A stretch of 32,000 nucleotides of DNA from Pirellula staleyi DSM 6068 (lineage in GTDB: Bacteria > Planctomycetota > Planctomycetia > Pirellulales > Pirellulaceae): positions 3,990,001 through 4,022,000 of the forward strand of contig CP001848.1 of assembly GCA_000025185.1 (NCBI GenBank), given 5' to 3'. Every line of letters begins with the position of its first letter. The stretch's first letter is position 1. Below are positions 1 to 8,868 of this stretch, piece by piece. The notes under the pieces are model-generated. The model was not told the DNA's origin. It did no database searches and worked only from the letters and a program-made list of their open reading frames with translations. The translations under genes were made by a program, and so were the position numbers.

Positions 1-426
1 CTGCGTGCCGCTGAGCGTGATTTGGTAGACGCGTGGCGCTGGATCGCTGGGACAGAGGAAGGTGGGAACGACCTTTTCAAACACGCTGATATAGGCGGGG
101 TTCGGAACCTGACTTCCCCCTGCGCCGGTGTAGGTGGGGAGCGCGAAATTGATGAGGTCGAACAGGTTGCTTTGCTCGATGTAAGGGAGCAAACGAGCGT
201 GGGGGGAATAGCCGGTCGAGCCGGTGTTCATCGGGAAGGCGCCGTAGCTGCTTTCGTAGTTGTGCAGCGCGAGGACCATTTGCTTCATCTGATTCTGGCA
301 CTGCATCCGCCGCGCTGCTTCGCGAGCCGATTGGACGGCTGGCAACAGCAGCGCTACCAGAACGCCGATGATCGCAATCACCACGAGGAGCTCAACCAAG
401 GTAAATCCGGAACGTTTTGTGGACAT
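1..426 (-). CDS. DUF1559 family protein with prepilin-type N-terminal cleavage/methylation domain (C-terminal part lies outside the window)
   Basis: The reverse complement of 1-426 reads without stops from ATG (424-426) as [65 protein letters not shown]... [15 protein letters not shown] is the prepilin-type methylation motif. The LPAVQ.AREAARR.QC.N..KQ..LA.HNY block is the DUF1559 signature, a family expanded in Planctomycetes. The ORF is missing from the ORF track because it runs off the edge. Confidence 0.85.
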   Translation of the reverse strand, partial: MSTKRSGFTLVELLVVIAIIGVLVALLLPAVQSAREAARRMQCQNQMKQMVLALHNYESSYGAFPMNTGSTGYSPHARLLPYIEQSNLFDLINFALPTYTGAGGSQVPNPAYISVFEKVVPTFLCPSDPAPRVYQITLSGTQ

Positions 427-730
427 AGCGCAGCTCGCTCAAGAGAAGGTCGCACAGACAGGTTGTTACGTGCGAAGTATATCTAAATGCAATTGATATG
501 CAATAGAGCTGCAGCGAGATTTGCGAAACACCATTTCGCTGGTTCAGGCGTTCGGGCTGATGGAACGCCAGGGTTGAAGAGAAATCCGCTGTTTTTTGAG
601 AGTTGTTCAGCAGTTTGCTAGCGCGATGGTGGACCGATCGAGTGGACGACGCAAGCCAGAAACCTAGCCGGCATGGCAAAGACTATTGCATATGCACTGG
701 TAGTGCGAATGCTTTCAGAGTGCAGATGAG

Positions 731-1396
731 ATGGTTGCAGCGCAGGTGATGGGTCAGGCCAATATTCGCCAGAACTTGGCGAACTTACGAAAAGGAAGTG
801 GCTCTTACATTTGGTGTCGCAGTGCTACATTTCCGCACGCTGCAATCCAAGCTTTTTTGCAAGGAGTGATGGAGTTTTGGCAAACCTTGCTCCACACCAC
901 TCAATTCGACTACCAAAATGCCACACCGCTATTTATAAGTAGATTACTCGTCTCCCTCTCCCGAGGTGTGCTGCAGAAAGGTTGGAAGGAAAACTACATG
1001 GCTTTTGAGCGGTTGTGGGACCAATTGAACAATCATGTCCTCGAAGAGATTGCTCAAAATTGGGTACTCGAACTGCGAAAGGACCTGCCAGAGGATGATC
1101 GAGAGTACGCATCGCGCGTGAAGGTTGTCATGTTCACTGCCACGCAGATTCAGCTGTGGCAATTTCTGATGACCGCGATCGAATTCGCTCACAGCGAGCA
1201 CGAACTTGCCGAAATCGCCGCTGGTCCCTTGGCCTACTTCCTCCGAAAGTTTGGCGAAGAGTTTTCGCTTCCGCTCGAGACCCAAGCCCAGAGCAATTCC
1301 AAGTTGGTGCAAGCCCTGGGAATGATTGAGGCGACGATGGTCCCCGAGTCGGTTTGGCAGCAGATCCTGACGATTCGAGAAGAGTCAGCATCGTAG
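731..1396 (+). CDS. hypothetical protein (soluble, helix-rich by eye; no family recognised)
   Basis: 221-aa ATG-initiated ORF with non-repetitive, protein-like composition and no competing gene on either strand. No motifs recognised. Hand-counted GC is about 42-47% on lines 841, 901 and 1021, lower than the neighbouring genes. The start codon is uncertain because internal Met codons exist. Confidence 0.5.
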   Translation: MVAAQVMGQANIRQNLANLRKGSGSYIWCRSATFPHAAIQAFLQGVMEFWQTLLHTTQFDYQNATPLFISRLLVSLSRGVLQKGWKENYMAFERLWDQLNNHVLEEIAQNWVLELRKDLPEDDREYASRVKVVMFTATQIQLWQFLMTAIEFAHSEHELAEIAAGPLAYFLRKFGEEFSLPLETQAQSNSKLVQALGMIEATMVPESVWQQILTIREESAS

Positions 1397-1431
1397 CTTC
1401 GTGGGTCCAAACCTAGTGGGGAGAGTCGAGT

Positions 1432-1797
1432 ATGAGTACAACCATGGTCGTGGCCATGCAGTTGCTTGCGCAGTCGTATCGTTTTCGAAGTGCACGCGGG
1501 GTGGGAGCGATCATCGAGCGACCTTATTTGCTCGTGGTCCTGGCTTGCTCGTCTCTCATTTTCTTTCCCGACTACGTCCTCAACTACCTCAGCGAGTCGT
1601 TCGACTGGGAGCTAAGTTGGTGGCACCTGGGAATCTCCGTCGCCGCAGGTCTGCTGCTGATGGTGATTGGTCTGGCCGCGTTTGCACTCGCTGGCTTTGC
1701 CGTCGAGCCCGGCTTTTGCGTGATCCTGCTGGGGATCATTGGCGTGATCAGGGTAGTGCGCTCGATCTTTAACGCCATGCTGGGTGGTGAAGAGTAG
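1432..1797 (+). CDS. small integral membrane protein (about 3 TM helices), unknown function
   Basis: ATG at 1432 is preceded by GGGGAGAG (1418-1425). Hydrophobic stretches are LLVVLACSSLIFF, GISVAAGLLLMVIGLAAFALAGFAV and FCVILLGIIGVIRVV. It lies 35 nt downstream of the previous ORF on the same strand. Confidence 0.6.
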   Translation: MSTTMVVAMQLLAQSYRFRSARGVGAIIERPYLLVVLACSSLIFFPDYVLNYLSESFDWELSWWHLGISVAAGLLLMVIGLAAFALAGFAVEPGFCVILLGIIGVIRVVRSIFNAMLGGEE

Positions 1798-1881
1798 GGC
1801 GTTTATTCGCGTATTTCCCGTGAAATACGAAAGAAATGCGCATCACAGCGACCGCACTAAAGAGCGGCGCGTATCAGTTCT

Positions 1882-3339
1882 TTACGCGACGATCCCTTTC
1901 ACCACGTTGCCATGGACGTCGGTCAATCGATACTGACGTCCCTGATAGCGGAACGTCAGCTTCGTGTGATCGATACCGCAGAGGTGCAAGATGGTTGCTT
2001 GCATGTCGTGCACATGCACGGGGTTCTCGACGATGTTCCAGGCGTAATCGTCGGTCACACCGTAGGTCGTTCCCGCTTTGACCCCACCTCCGGCAAGCCA
2101 CCAACTATAAGCGCGGCCGAAGTGATCGCGCCCCTTCGGGCTATTGGGGTCACCCTGACCAAACGGAGTGCGGCCAAACTCGCCACCCCACACCACCAGC
2201 GTGTCGTCGAGCATGCCGCGCTCTTTCAAATCTTTCACCAGCGCCGCAGAAGGGCCCTCGGTGTCGACGCAGTTGGCTTCCAGCTGCGTGTGCAAATTGC
2301 CATGCTGATCCCAGCCCGCATGCATCAGCTGCACAAAGCCCACGCCACGTTCGAGCAACCGTCGGGCGATCAAACAATTGTTCGCATACGACCCTTTCAC
2401 AAGGGCATCGGCTCCATAACGATCGAGGGTCGCTTGCGATTCGTCGCGAAAATCGACGAGGTCGGGAACACTCGACTGCATGCGAAACGCCATCTCGTAC
2501 TGGGCAATGCGCGTATCGATTTCTGGATCGCCATAGTCGGCTAGATGCTCTTGATTGAGGGCCGCCAGATCGTCGAGCAGAGCGCGGCGCGAGGCGGGAG
2601 AAACACCGGCAGGGTTCGCCAGGTATGGAACTAAATCGCCCGTGTTGCGAAACTTCACACCCTGATAGCGACTCGGCAAAAATCCGCTTCCCCAGTAGTA
2701 GTCGAAGAACAGCTGACCACACGTTTTTCCTTTGTCGCTCGAAGTCATCACGACAAAGGTGGGCAGATTATCGGTCTCACTTCCTAGGCCATACGAGAGC
2801 CAGGCACCCATACTCGGGCGGCCAGGAACTTGAGCACCGGTCATGAAAAACGTAACGCCGGGAGCATGGTTCACCGCTTCGGTGTGCATCGAGCGGACAA
2901 CGCAAATGTCGTCGGCAATGGAACCGATGTTCGGCAGCATTTCACTCAGTGAAGTGCCACACTCTCCATGTTTTTTGAACGGTTTGATCGAGGGGACTGC
3001 TGGCCAGCGGCCATAGCCGCTCGACATTGTGGAGAGCCGCGTGGTGCCACGTACGCTGTCGGGAATATCTTGTCCCGCGCGCTCGCGTAGCACCGGTTTA
3101 TCATCGAACAAATCGACGTGTGAGGGTCCGCCCCCTTGCCACATCACCACGACGCGCTTGGCCTTCGGGGCAAAATGCGGAACACCCGGCAGTCCGCCGA
3201 TGCGGGGCACTGCCTGATCGGCTGATGCCGACTTGCCAAGCAGCGAGGCGATCGCCGCCATCCCAACGCCACCTGCGGTGCGACCGAAGAATTGACGACG
3301 GTTCACTCGCTCGAAGTTTTCGCGAAGTAGTGAGAACAT
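1882..3339 (-). CDS. DUF1501 domain protein (sulfatase/alkaline-phosphatase-like fold) with twin-arginine signal
   Basis: Start taken as MFSLLRENFERVNRRQFFGRTAGGVGMAAIASLLG (ATG at 3339, GGAAGGA upstream), which carries a TAT-like RRQFF motif. The C-terminus ...TFRYQGRQYRLTDVHGNVVKGIVA and the WGGEFGRTP block are typical of DUF1501. The gene lies immediately downstream of a PSCyt/DUF1553 gene, the usual pairing. The ORF track extends to 3405, but that stretch overlaps the upstream gene. Confidence 0.9.
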   Translation of the reverse strand: MFSLLRENFERVNRRQFFGRTAGGVGMAAIASLLGKSASADQAVPRIGGLPGVPHFAPKAKRVVVMWQGGGPSHVDLFDDKPVLRERAGQDIPDSVRGTTRLSTMSSGYGRWPAVPSIKPFKKHGECGTSLSEMLPNIGSIADDICVVRSMHTEAVNHAPGVTFFMTGAQVPGRPSMGAWLSYGLGSETDNLPTFVVMTSSDKGKTCGQLFFDYYWGSGFLPSRYQGVKFRNTGDLVPYLANPAGVSPASRRALLDDLAALNQEHLADYGDPEIDTRIAQYEMAFRMQSSVPDLVDFRDESQATLDRYGADALVKGSYANNCLIARRLLERGVGFVQLMHAGWDQHGNLHTQLEANCVDTEGPSAALVKDLKERGMLDDTLVVWGGEFGRTPFGQGDPNSPKGRDHFGRAYSWWLAGGGVKAGTTYGVTDDYAWNIVENPVHVHDMQATILHLCGIDHTKLTFRYQGRQYRLTDVHGNVVKGIVA

Positions 3340-3359
3340 GCGAGAGCATCCTTCCAAAA

Positions 3360-5960
3360 TTATTCGCGGGTCAGGGCTTCGTCGAGGTTCATGATCGCCA
3401 GACAAACCGATGCCAGAGATGCATGCTGAACGGCATCGAGCGATTGATTGCGCGGCGCACTGCCCACTTGCAAACTGGCAGTTGCTGCAGCGGGATCGGC
3501 GGCAAAAATGGCCTGCTGTTTGTCGTAAGCGCGGCGCAGGAGCGACAGTTCACTTGGCGTCGGCTGCCGCGAAACAACTCGCGCAAATGCAATCGAGAGC
3601 TGCTCTTCCAGGTTGCCCGAGGCGGCGATCGTTCGCTCGGCCAGCACGCGAGCCGCTTCGGCCCACGTGGGATCGTTCAGCGTAGTGAGCGCGTGAAGTG
3701 GCGTGCTCGTGGGAACAGCGCGCACGCGGCACGCTTGCCGATTCGAGGCATCGAACATGTTCGCAGGCCCCACCGTCCGTCGCCAAAAAGTATAGAGGCT
3801 GCGCCGGTAGAGATCGGAGCCCGATGAGGCTGGATAGGTGAAATCCCGTTCCTTGGTGATCGCTAGTGACTCCCAAATCCCATCGGGCTGATAGGGGTAG
3901 ACCGGTTTGCCTCCCACGCGTGTGTCGAGTAGTCCCGAGGCTCGGAGCGCCCAGTCGCGGAGCACAAGCGATGGCATACGAAACCGACTCGAGCGCGCGA
4001 AGAGCCGATTCTCGATGTCGCGCGATTTCAGTTCGGGTGTCACGCGACTCGCCTGTCGATAGGTGGCCGATGTGACAATCAGCCGATGCATTTTTTTGAC
4101 GCTCCAGCCATTCTCGCGGAACTCCACAGCGAGCCAGTCGAGTAGTGGGCCATGCAGCGGATACTCGCTTTGCACACCAAAATCTTCACTCGTTTTGACA
4201 ATGCCGGTCCCGAAGAAATGTTGCCACATCCGATTCACTTGCACGCGCGCGGTGAGTGGATGATCGGGAAGAAACAGCCACTGGGCAAAGCCGAGGCGGT
4301 TCTTCGGTGCGTCGCTGGGGAGAGGTGGAAGGAACGCAGGAGTGTTGAACGAAACGGGCTCGGTGGGGCTTAGGTATTCACCGCGCGAGAGGACACTCGT
4401 TTGCCGCGCACGCTCATCACTCATGATCATCACGCGCGGAATCTGGTCGGCGCGATAGTCGGCAATTTGTTTGCGAAGCCCATCGATCTTCGGAAGTCCG
4501 TCGAGCTTGGCAGCGAGCTGCGAGCGGACTTTTTCGTCGAAGTATTTTTGAAGACCTGCAGCCAACTTTTGTTTTTCGTTGTCGCTACGATCTTTCTCTT
4601 CCTTGCGCGCGATCGTTGCGAGATCTTCCGCGAGTCCGGCAAGATCAGCCGCCGAGTTATCCGCCGTGATCCCCAGCCGCCATCCTTCGAAAACCAGTGC
4701 CAGACTCGGAGCCATCTCCTTCTCAATTGTCGCGATTTCTGCCTCGATTTTAGCGATATACGCCAGGTTCTCTTCGGTCGGGAGTTCCATGAGTGGCGGG
4801 GCGACCCGAATGCGCGACGAGAATCGCTGCGGCGTTCCACTCTCGGGAAGATGATTGAAACCATCCATCAAGCTGTAGTAGTCAACTTGTGTGATGGGGT
4901 CGTATTTGTGGTCGTGACACTGGGCACAAGCCATCGTCAGTCCGAGCCAAGTGGTCGCAGTCGTATCGACCCGATCAAACAAAATCACAAACCGTTGTTC
5001 TTCGGCAATCGCTCCTCCTTCGCCGTTGAGCAGATGGTTACGATTAAATCCGCTCGCAATCTTCTGCTCGGTGGTTGCGTCTGGAATCAGGTCCCCAGCC
5101 AATTGCCACTTCGTGAACTCGTCGAAGGGAAGGTCGCGATTCAGGAGTGCGGCTAGATTGTCGCGCCACATCCATTGCCACGTATCACCATCTTGCTGAA
5201 AGCCGTTGCTATCGGCATAGCGGGCCGCATCGAGCCACGCGAGTGCCATCCGCTCGCCGTAGTGCGGGCTCGCCAACAAGCGATCGACAAGTTTTTCGTA
5301 CGCCAGGGGATCATTGTCGTCGACGAACTGCTGCACCTCTTCAGGCGAGGGAGGCAAACCAGTCAGGTCGATCGACAGCCGCCGAATCAGCGTTGCGCGC
5401 GATGCTTCAGGCGAGGGGGCCAACTTCTCTTGCTCGAGGCGTGCAAGGACGAACTGATCGATCGGCGTGCGCACCCAGTCGCGGCCGGTCACCTCAGGTG
5501 CAGCGGGGCGAATCGGTGGTTCGTAGGCCCAATGCTTTTGGTAGCGTGCACCTTGCGTGATCCAGTCTTTGAGTAGCTGCTTCTGCGCGTCGCTCAGTTT
5601 GCGGTTCGACGTGGGTGGTGGCATCTGCACGTCGGGGTCGGTCGCATGAATCCGTTCGATCAGCAGACTCGTGGCGGCATCTCCCGGAACGATGGCACCC
5701 TTGGCAGTGGCTGCTTCGCGGTCGTCGAGTCGCAGATCGGCCTCTCGTTTGTTCGGGTCCTGTCCGTGACAGTAGAAGCAGTTCTCGGCGAGGATCGGAC
5801 GGATATCGCGATTGAAATCGATCTCCGCAGCGCCGCTGCTCGAAGTTGCACCGCACCAGCCGAGCATCATGACGAGCGCTGCGCACAGCAGTGCCGCTGC
5901 GCGCCTGGCGAGGGAGCATGGTCGTGGTCGAGAGCTATCGCGCGTTGGGGAGAGGTCCAT
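3360..5960 (-). CDS. PSCyt1 / DUF1549 (PSCyt2) / DUF1553 (PSD1) multidomain exported protein
   Basis: CFYCHG heme-binding-like CxxCH motif near the N-terminus (planctomycete cytochrome C domain). DUF1549-like block: [17 protein letters not shown]...[27 protein letters not shown]1553-like region: [11 protein letters not shown]. The start is set at MDLSP (ATG 5960), before the hydrophobic signal [16 protein letters not shown]. The ORF track start at 6062 is also possible. Confidence 0.9.
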   Translation of the reverse strand: MDLSPTRDSSRPRPCSLARRAAALLCAALVMMLGWCGATSSSGAAEIDFNRDIRPILAENCFYCHGQDPNKREADLRLDDREAATAKGAIVPGDAATSLLIERIHATDPDVQMPPPTSNRKLSDAQKQLLKDWITQGARYQKHWAYEPPIRPAAPEVTGRDWVRTPIDQFVLARLEQEKLAPSPEASRATLIRRLSIDLTGLPPSPEEVQQFVDDNDPLAYEKLVDRLLASPHYGERMALAWLDAARYADSNGFQQDGDTWQWMWRDNLAALLNRDLPFDEFTKWQLAGDLIPDATTEQKIASGFNRNHLLNGEGGAIAEEQRFVILFDRVDTTATTWLGLTMACAQCHDHKYDPITQVDYYSLMDGFNHLPESGTPQRFSSRIRVAPPLMELPTEENLAYIAKIEAEIATIEKEMAPSLALVFEGWRLGITADNSAADLAGLAEDLATIARKEEKDRSDNEKQKLAAGLQKYFDEKVRSQLAAKLDGLPKIDGLRKQIADYRADQIPRVMIMSDERARQTSVLSRGEYLSPTEPVSFNTPAFLPPLPSDAPKNRLGFAQWLFLPDHPLTARVQVNRMWQHFFGTGIVKTSEDFGVQSEYPLHGPLLDWLAVEFRENGWSVKKMHRLIVTSATYRQASRVTPELKSRDIENRLFARSSRFRMPSLVLRDWALRASGLLDTRVGGKPVYPYQPDGIWESLAITKERDFTYPASSGSDLYRRSLYTFWRRTVGPANMFDASNRQACRVRAVPTSTPLHALTTLNDPTWAEAARVLAERTIAASGNLEEQLSIAFARVVSRQPTPSELSLLRRAYDKQQAIFAADPAAATASLQVGSAPRNQSLDAVQHASLASVCLAIMNLDEALTRE

Positions 5961-6138
5961 GCGAAACTCGTTGATCGAAAGGTGGGTGGCTCGCTCCGCG
6001 CGGGTGGGAGTTCGCAAGCGGTCGGCTGCTCCGGCGCGGCCTACGCCCGTCGATGCAGTCAACCGTAAGCCTTTAGCCTACCTCAAAAATGGTCGGAATG
6101 TCTTGTAGCGTCGGCGGATCGCGTGGTACGTTTTGACC

Positions 6139-6906
6139 ATGACCACCTTCGACGCCAAGCAATTTCAGAGCGACTTTTTTCAGCGACTTCCGCTGGCCGA
6201 CTCGGTAATGCGGCTGTTTGACGCACTTCCGCACACCTATTTCTACGCGAAAGATCGGGAAAGTCGTTTTGTAAAGGTGAACCATCCGTTCCTCGAAAAC
6301 CACGGACTTTCACGCGAGGAAGAAGCGCTCGGGAAGACCGATCGCGACTTCCATCCCCCTATTTTGGCCGAGGCCTACATTGCGGAAGATCGTCGCGTGA
6401 TGGCGCGGGGAGAGGTCGTGCCGGGGCAGATTTGGCCGGTGCTACATCGGCGACAACTGCCCCGCTGGTATGTCTCGACGAAGGCGCCGCTGTTTGGCGC
6501 CGATGGCAAAGTGATTGGCCTGGCCGGAGCGATGTACCGCATTGCCGACCCCGATGACCTGACGCGCTACTTTCAGGAACTCACCCCGGTAGTGCGTTAT
6601 TTTGATCAGCACTATGCCGAGACGATTTCGATGAAAGAGATGGCTCAACTCGCAGGCCAATCGGCGACCCATTTCCATCGGCGCTTTCGGCAACTGCTGC
6701 ACATGAACCCGACGCAGTACCTCCGCACCGTTCGCATCCAAAACGCGCAGCACATGCTCACCACGTCCTCACGCAGTCTGGCCGATATCGCCACCGCCGT
6801 CGGCTTTACCGATCAAAGTCACTTCACCAAGCGGTTTCGGCAATCGACCGGGCTCACTCCCGATGTCTACCGTCGACGCTTCATGAGCCCCAGTGTTTCC
6901 AGTTAA
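6139..6906 (+). CDS. AraC-family transcriptional regulator with N-terminal PAS-like sensor domain
   Basis: C-terminal double HTH: ISMKEMAQLAGQSATHFHRRFRQLLHMNPTQYLRTVRIQNAQHMLTTSSRSLADIATAVGFTDQSHFTKRFRQSTGLTP. The N-terminal roughly 130 aa resemble a PAS fold (YFYAKDRESRFVKVNHPFLENHGLS...GKTDRDF...AEDRRVM). The first ATG is at 6139; the ORF track start at 6133 is TTG. Confidence 0.85.
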   Translation: MTTFDAKQFQSDFFQRLPLADSVMRLFDALPHTYFYAKDRESRFVKVNHPFLENHGLSREEEALGKTDRDFHPPILAEAYIAEDRRVMARGEVVPGQIWPVLHRRQLPRWYVSTKAPLFGADGKVIGLAGAMYRIADPDDLTRYFQELTPVVRYFDQHYAETISMKEMAQLAGQSATHFHRRFRQLLHMNPTQYLRTVRIQNAQHMLTTSSRSLADIATAVGFTDQSHFTKRFRQSTGLTPDVYRRRFMSPSVSS

Positions 6907-7664
6907 GCAGAGGAATCGGTGGCGGTCATGAGCGGACTCTGGTTACTCGACTGAATCCGACCATCTTCCATATGCACGATTCGGTCGGCGATGTCGAGCA
7001 CGCGCGAGTCGTGAGTCACCATCAAGATCGGACACGCTTCGTTCCGCGCGAGCGATTTGAGAAGATTCACCACATCGCGCCCCGATTGACTGTCGAGTGC
7101 CGCGGTCGGTTCGTCGGCGAGGATCAGTTTCGGACTAGCTGCCAGCGCGCGAGCCACTGCCACACGCTGCTTTTGACCACCCGACATCCGCGCGGGATAG
7201 TAGTCGAGTCGATCACCAAGTCCCACTTGACGCAGCAGCGCTTCAGCACGCTGCTGAGCCACGGCGGCAGGGACTTCAGGATGTAGTTCGAACATCAACT
7301 CGACATTGCGCCGCGCTGTTAAAAACGGTAGCAAGTTGTGCTGCTGAAAAATAAATCCAATGTTGCGACGCACGTGCAATTGATCGGCGAGCGTGGCTCC
7401 ACGCAGCGAGCGCCCCAGCACGGTGAGATTTCCTTCTTTCAGCTGACGCAGAGCGCCAATCAATGTCAGCAGCGTCGTTTTACCACTTCCACTTGGGCCA
7501 GTGAGCAGAACGATTTCCCCCGGCATCACCGCCAGGTCGACGTCGAACAAAATCTGTTTGCGCAGCTCCCCTTCGCCGAAGGCAAATTGCACTTTTTCGG
7601 CGAGAATCACCGGTGTTTCGCTACTAGTCGGTGGCTGCAAAATATTCGATAGCTCGACTGTCAT
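6903..7664 (-). CDS. devA: ABC exporter ATP-binding subunit, DevA family
   Basis: Walker A GPSGSGKTTLLTLIGALR, ABC signature MSGGQKQRVAVARAL and Walker B LILADEPTAALD. The blocks TLLTLIG.LR and IFQQHNLLPFLTARRNV match the DevA subfamily pattern as I recall it. The start ATG overlaps the devC stop (TGATG at 7662-7666). Confidence 0.9.
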   Translation of the reverse strand: MTVELSNILQPPTSSETPVILAEKVQFAFGEGELRKQILFDVDLAVMPGEIVLLTGPSGSGKTTLLTLIGALRQLKEGNLTVLGRSLRGATLADQLHVRRNIGFIFQQHNLLPFLTARRNVELMFELHPEVPAAVAQQRAEALLRQVGLGDRLDYYPARMSGGQKQRVAVARALAASPKLILADEPTAALDSQSGRDVVNLLKSLARNEACPILMVTHDSRVLDIADRIVHMEDGRIQSSNQSPLMTATDSSA

Positions 7665-8818
7665 CAGAACACATCTGCTGGGTCAGCAGTCCACGCTTTA
7701 CGAATGGCAACCATCCCCGAGAGACCGCACATGGTGAGTGTGGCGAGGAAGACAAAAATGGCTCGCGACCAGGTCATCTCAAACGGCATTTGAATCGCCG
7801 TGGTTGCGAGTTGATAGATTCCAAGTGCCATGAAGAACCCGGGAAAATAGCCAAGGATACTGAGGATTGCCGACTGGCTGAGAACGATCTTCAGCAGATA
7901 GCCATCGCTGAACCCCATCGCTTTCAGGGTCGCAAACTGCGGCAGCAAGTTGGTCACTTCGGTGTAGAGAATCTGATAGACCACCACAAAGCCGATGAAA
8001 AAACCGACTGCAGCGCCGAGACCGAAAATGAAGTCGAGTGGATGGGTCGTACGGATGTGATCGACCTCTTGCTTGACGATCTCTTGCTTCAGTTTGATGT
8101 AGGCTTCGTTGCCGAGCATCGGCGCAAGTTCACGACACACTTTTTGCGGATCAGCGCCGGGCTTAAGCCGGACAAGTCCCAGGTTGATAGCCCCGGGATC
8201 ATGTGTGGGAAAGAGCCGCTGAAAGTTCGCGGGCGAAGTGTAGATGTTTCCATCGCTCGTAAATGAAATGCCGACCGGAATGCTATCGAGCACCGCAATG
8301 CGGCGATAATTCACCTCGGTATAGAGGGGGCCTTCATTCTTCAGGTACTCAACCACGGGACCATAGCTCGAGCGACTCAGTTCGTCGAAAATCAGACAGT
8401 CGGGGCGATCGAGTTCTTCTGATAGCGATGTGTAGCCCGGCATGTTCATCATCGGATCGCGCGGGTCGAGACCATACACGCTGATTGGAATTTCGCGTCG
8501 ATCCCAAGGATTCCGAAAGCGAGCTTCCGAGATGTAGAGGACTTGCACCTTCTCGACATCGGGATGTGCCGGAAGGCGATAAAGGAGTCGGCGCGGAAAG
8601 GTGGATGCTAGAAAAATGCTTTTCGTGCGTGGGCTCGAAACCACCAAATCGGCCGTAATTCGCTCGGCAATGGCAACGCCGTTATCGATCGCTCCTTGAC
8701 GAATGCCAAGTTGCACCAGCATCAGCATCACGGCAACCACGACCCCCGCCGAAGCTGTCGCGAGCTTCATCGGCTGATGCGTGAGTTGTTGCCAGGCGAC
8801 ACGAAAACTGGAGTACAT
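7664..8818 (-). CDS. devC: ABC exporter permease, DevC family (FtsX-like)
   Basis: 384 aa. It has an N-terminal TM helix (ASAGVVVAVMLMLVQLG), a large periplasmic loop and a C-terminal FtsX-type 3-TM bundle (FIFGLGAAVGFFIGFVVVYQILY ... FATLKAMGFSDGYLLKIVL ...). It sits between the devB-like and devA-like genes. Confidence 0.85.
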   Translation of the reverse strand: MYSSFRVAWQQLTHQPMKLATASAGVVVAVMLMLVQLGIRQGAIDNGVAIAERITADLVVSSPRTKSIFLASTFPRRLLYRLPAHPDVEKVQVLYISEARFRNPWDRREIPISVYGLDPRDPMMNMPGYTSLSEELDRPDCLIFDELSRSSYGPVVEYLKNEGPLYTEVNYRRIAVLDSIPVGISFTSDGNIYTSPANFQRLFPTHDPGAINLGLVRLKPGADPQKVCRELAPMLGNEAYIKLKQEIVKQEVDHIRTTHPLDFIFGLGAAVGFFIGFVVVYQILYTEVTNLLPQFATLKAMGFSDGYLLKIVLSQSAILSILGYFPGFFMALGIYQLATTAIQMPFEMTWSRAIFVFLATLTMCGLSGMVAIRKAWTADPADVF

Positions 8819-8868
8819 GGTTGGCTCCTCGCGAGCGATATAGGCCGCGAGACGAAAGATCGGAGCAA

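Noticed and set aside
1810..1829. Hairpin CGTATTT-CCCGTG-AAATACG between convergent genes as a terminator
   Set aside because: The stem is only 7 bp and AT-rich, with no adjacent U-tract on either strand. This is too weak to call a terminator.
3027..5156. Several 250-270-aa plus-strand ORFs (3027-3827, 4401-5156) and minus-strand off-frame ORFs
   Set aside because: All overlap the DUF1501 and PSCyt genes on the opposite strand or in other frames. Their Arg/Ser/Pro-rich composition is typical of off-frame reading of GC-rich genes.
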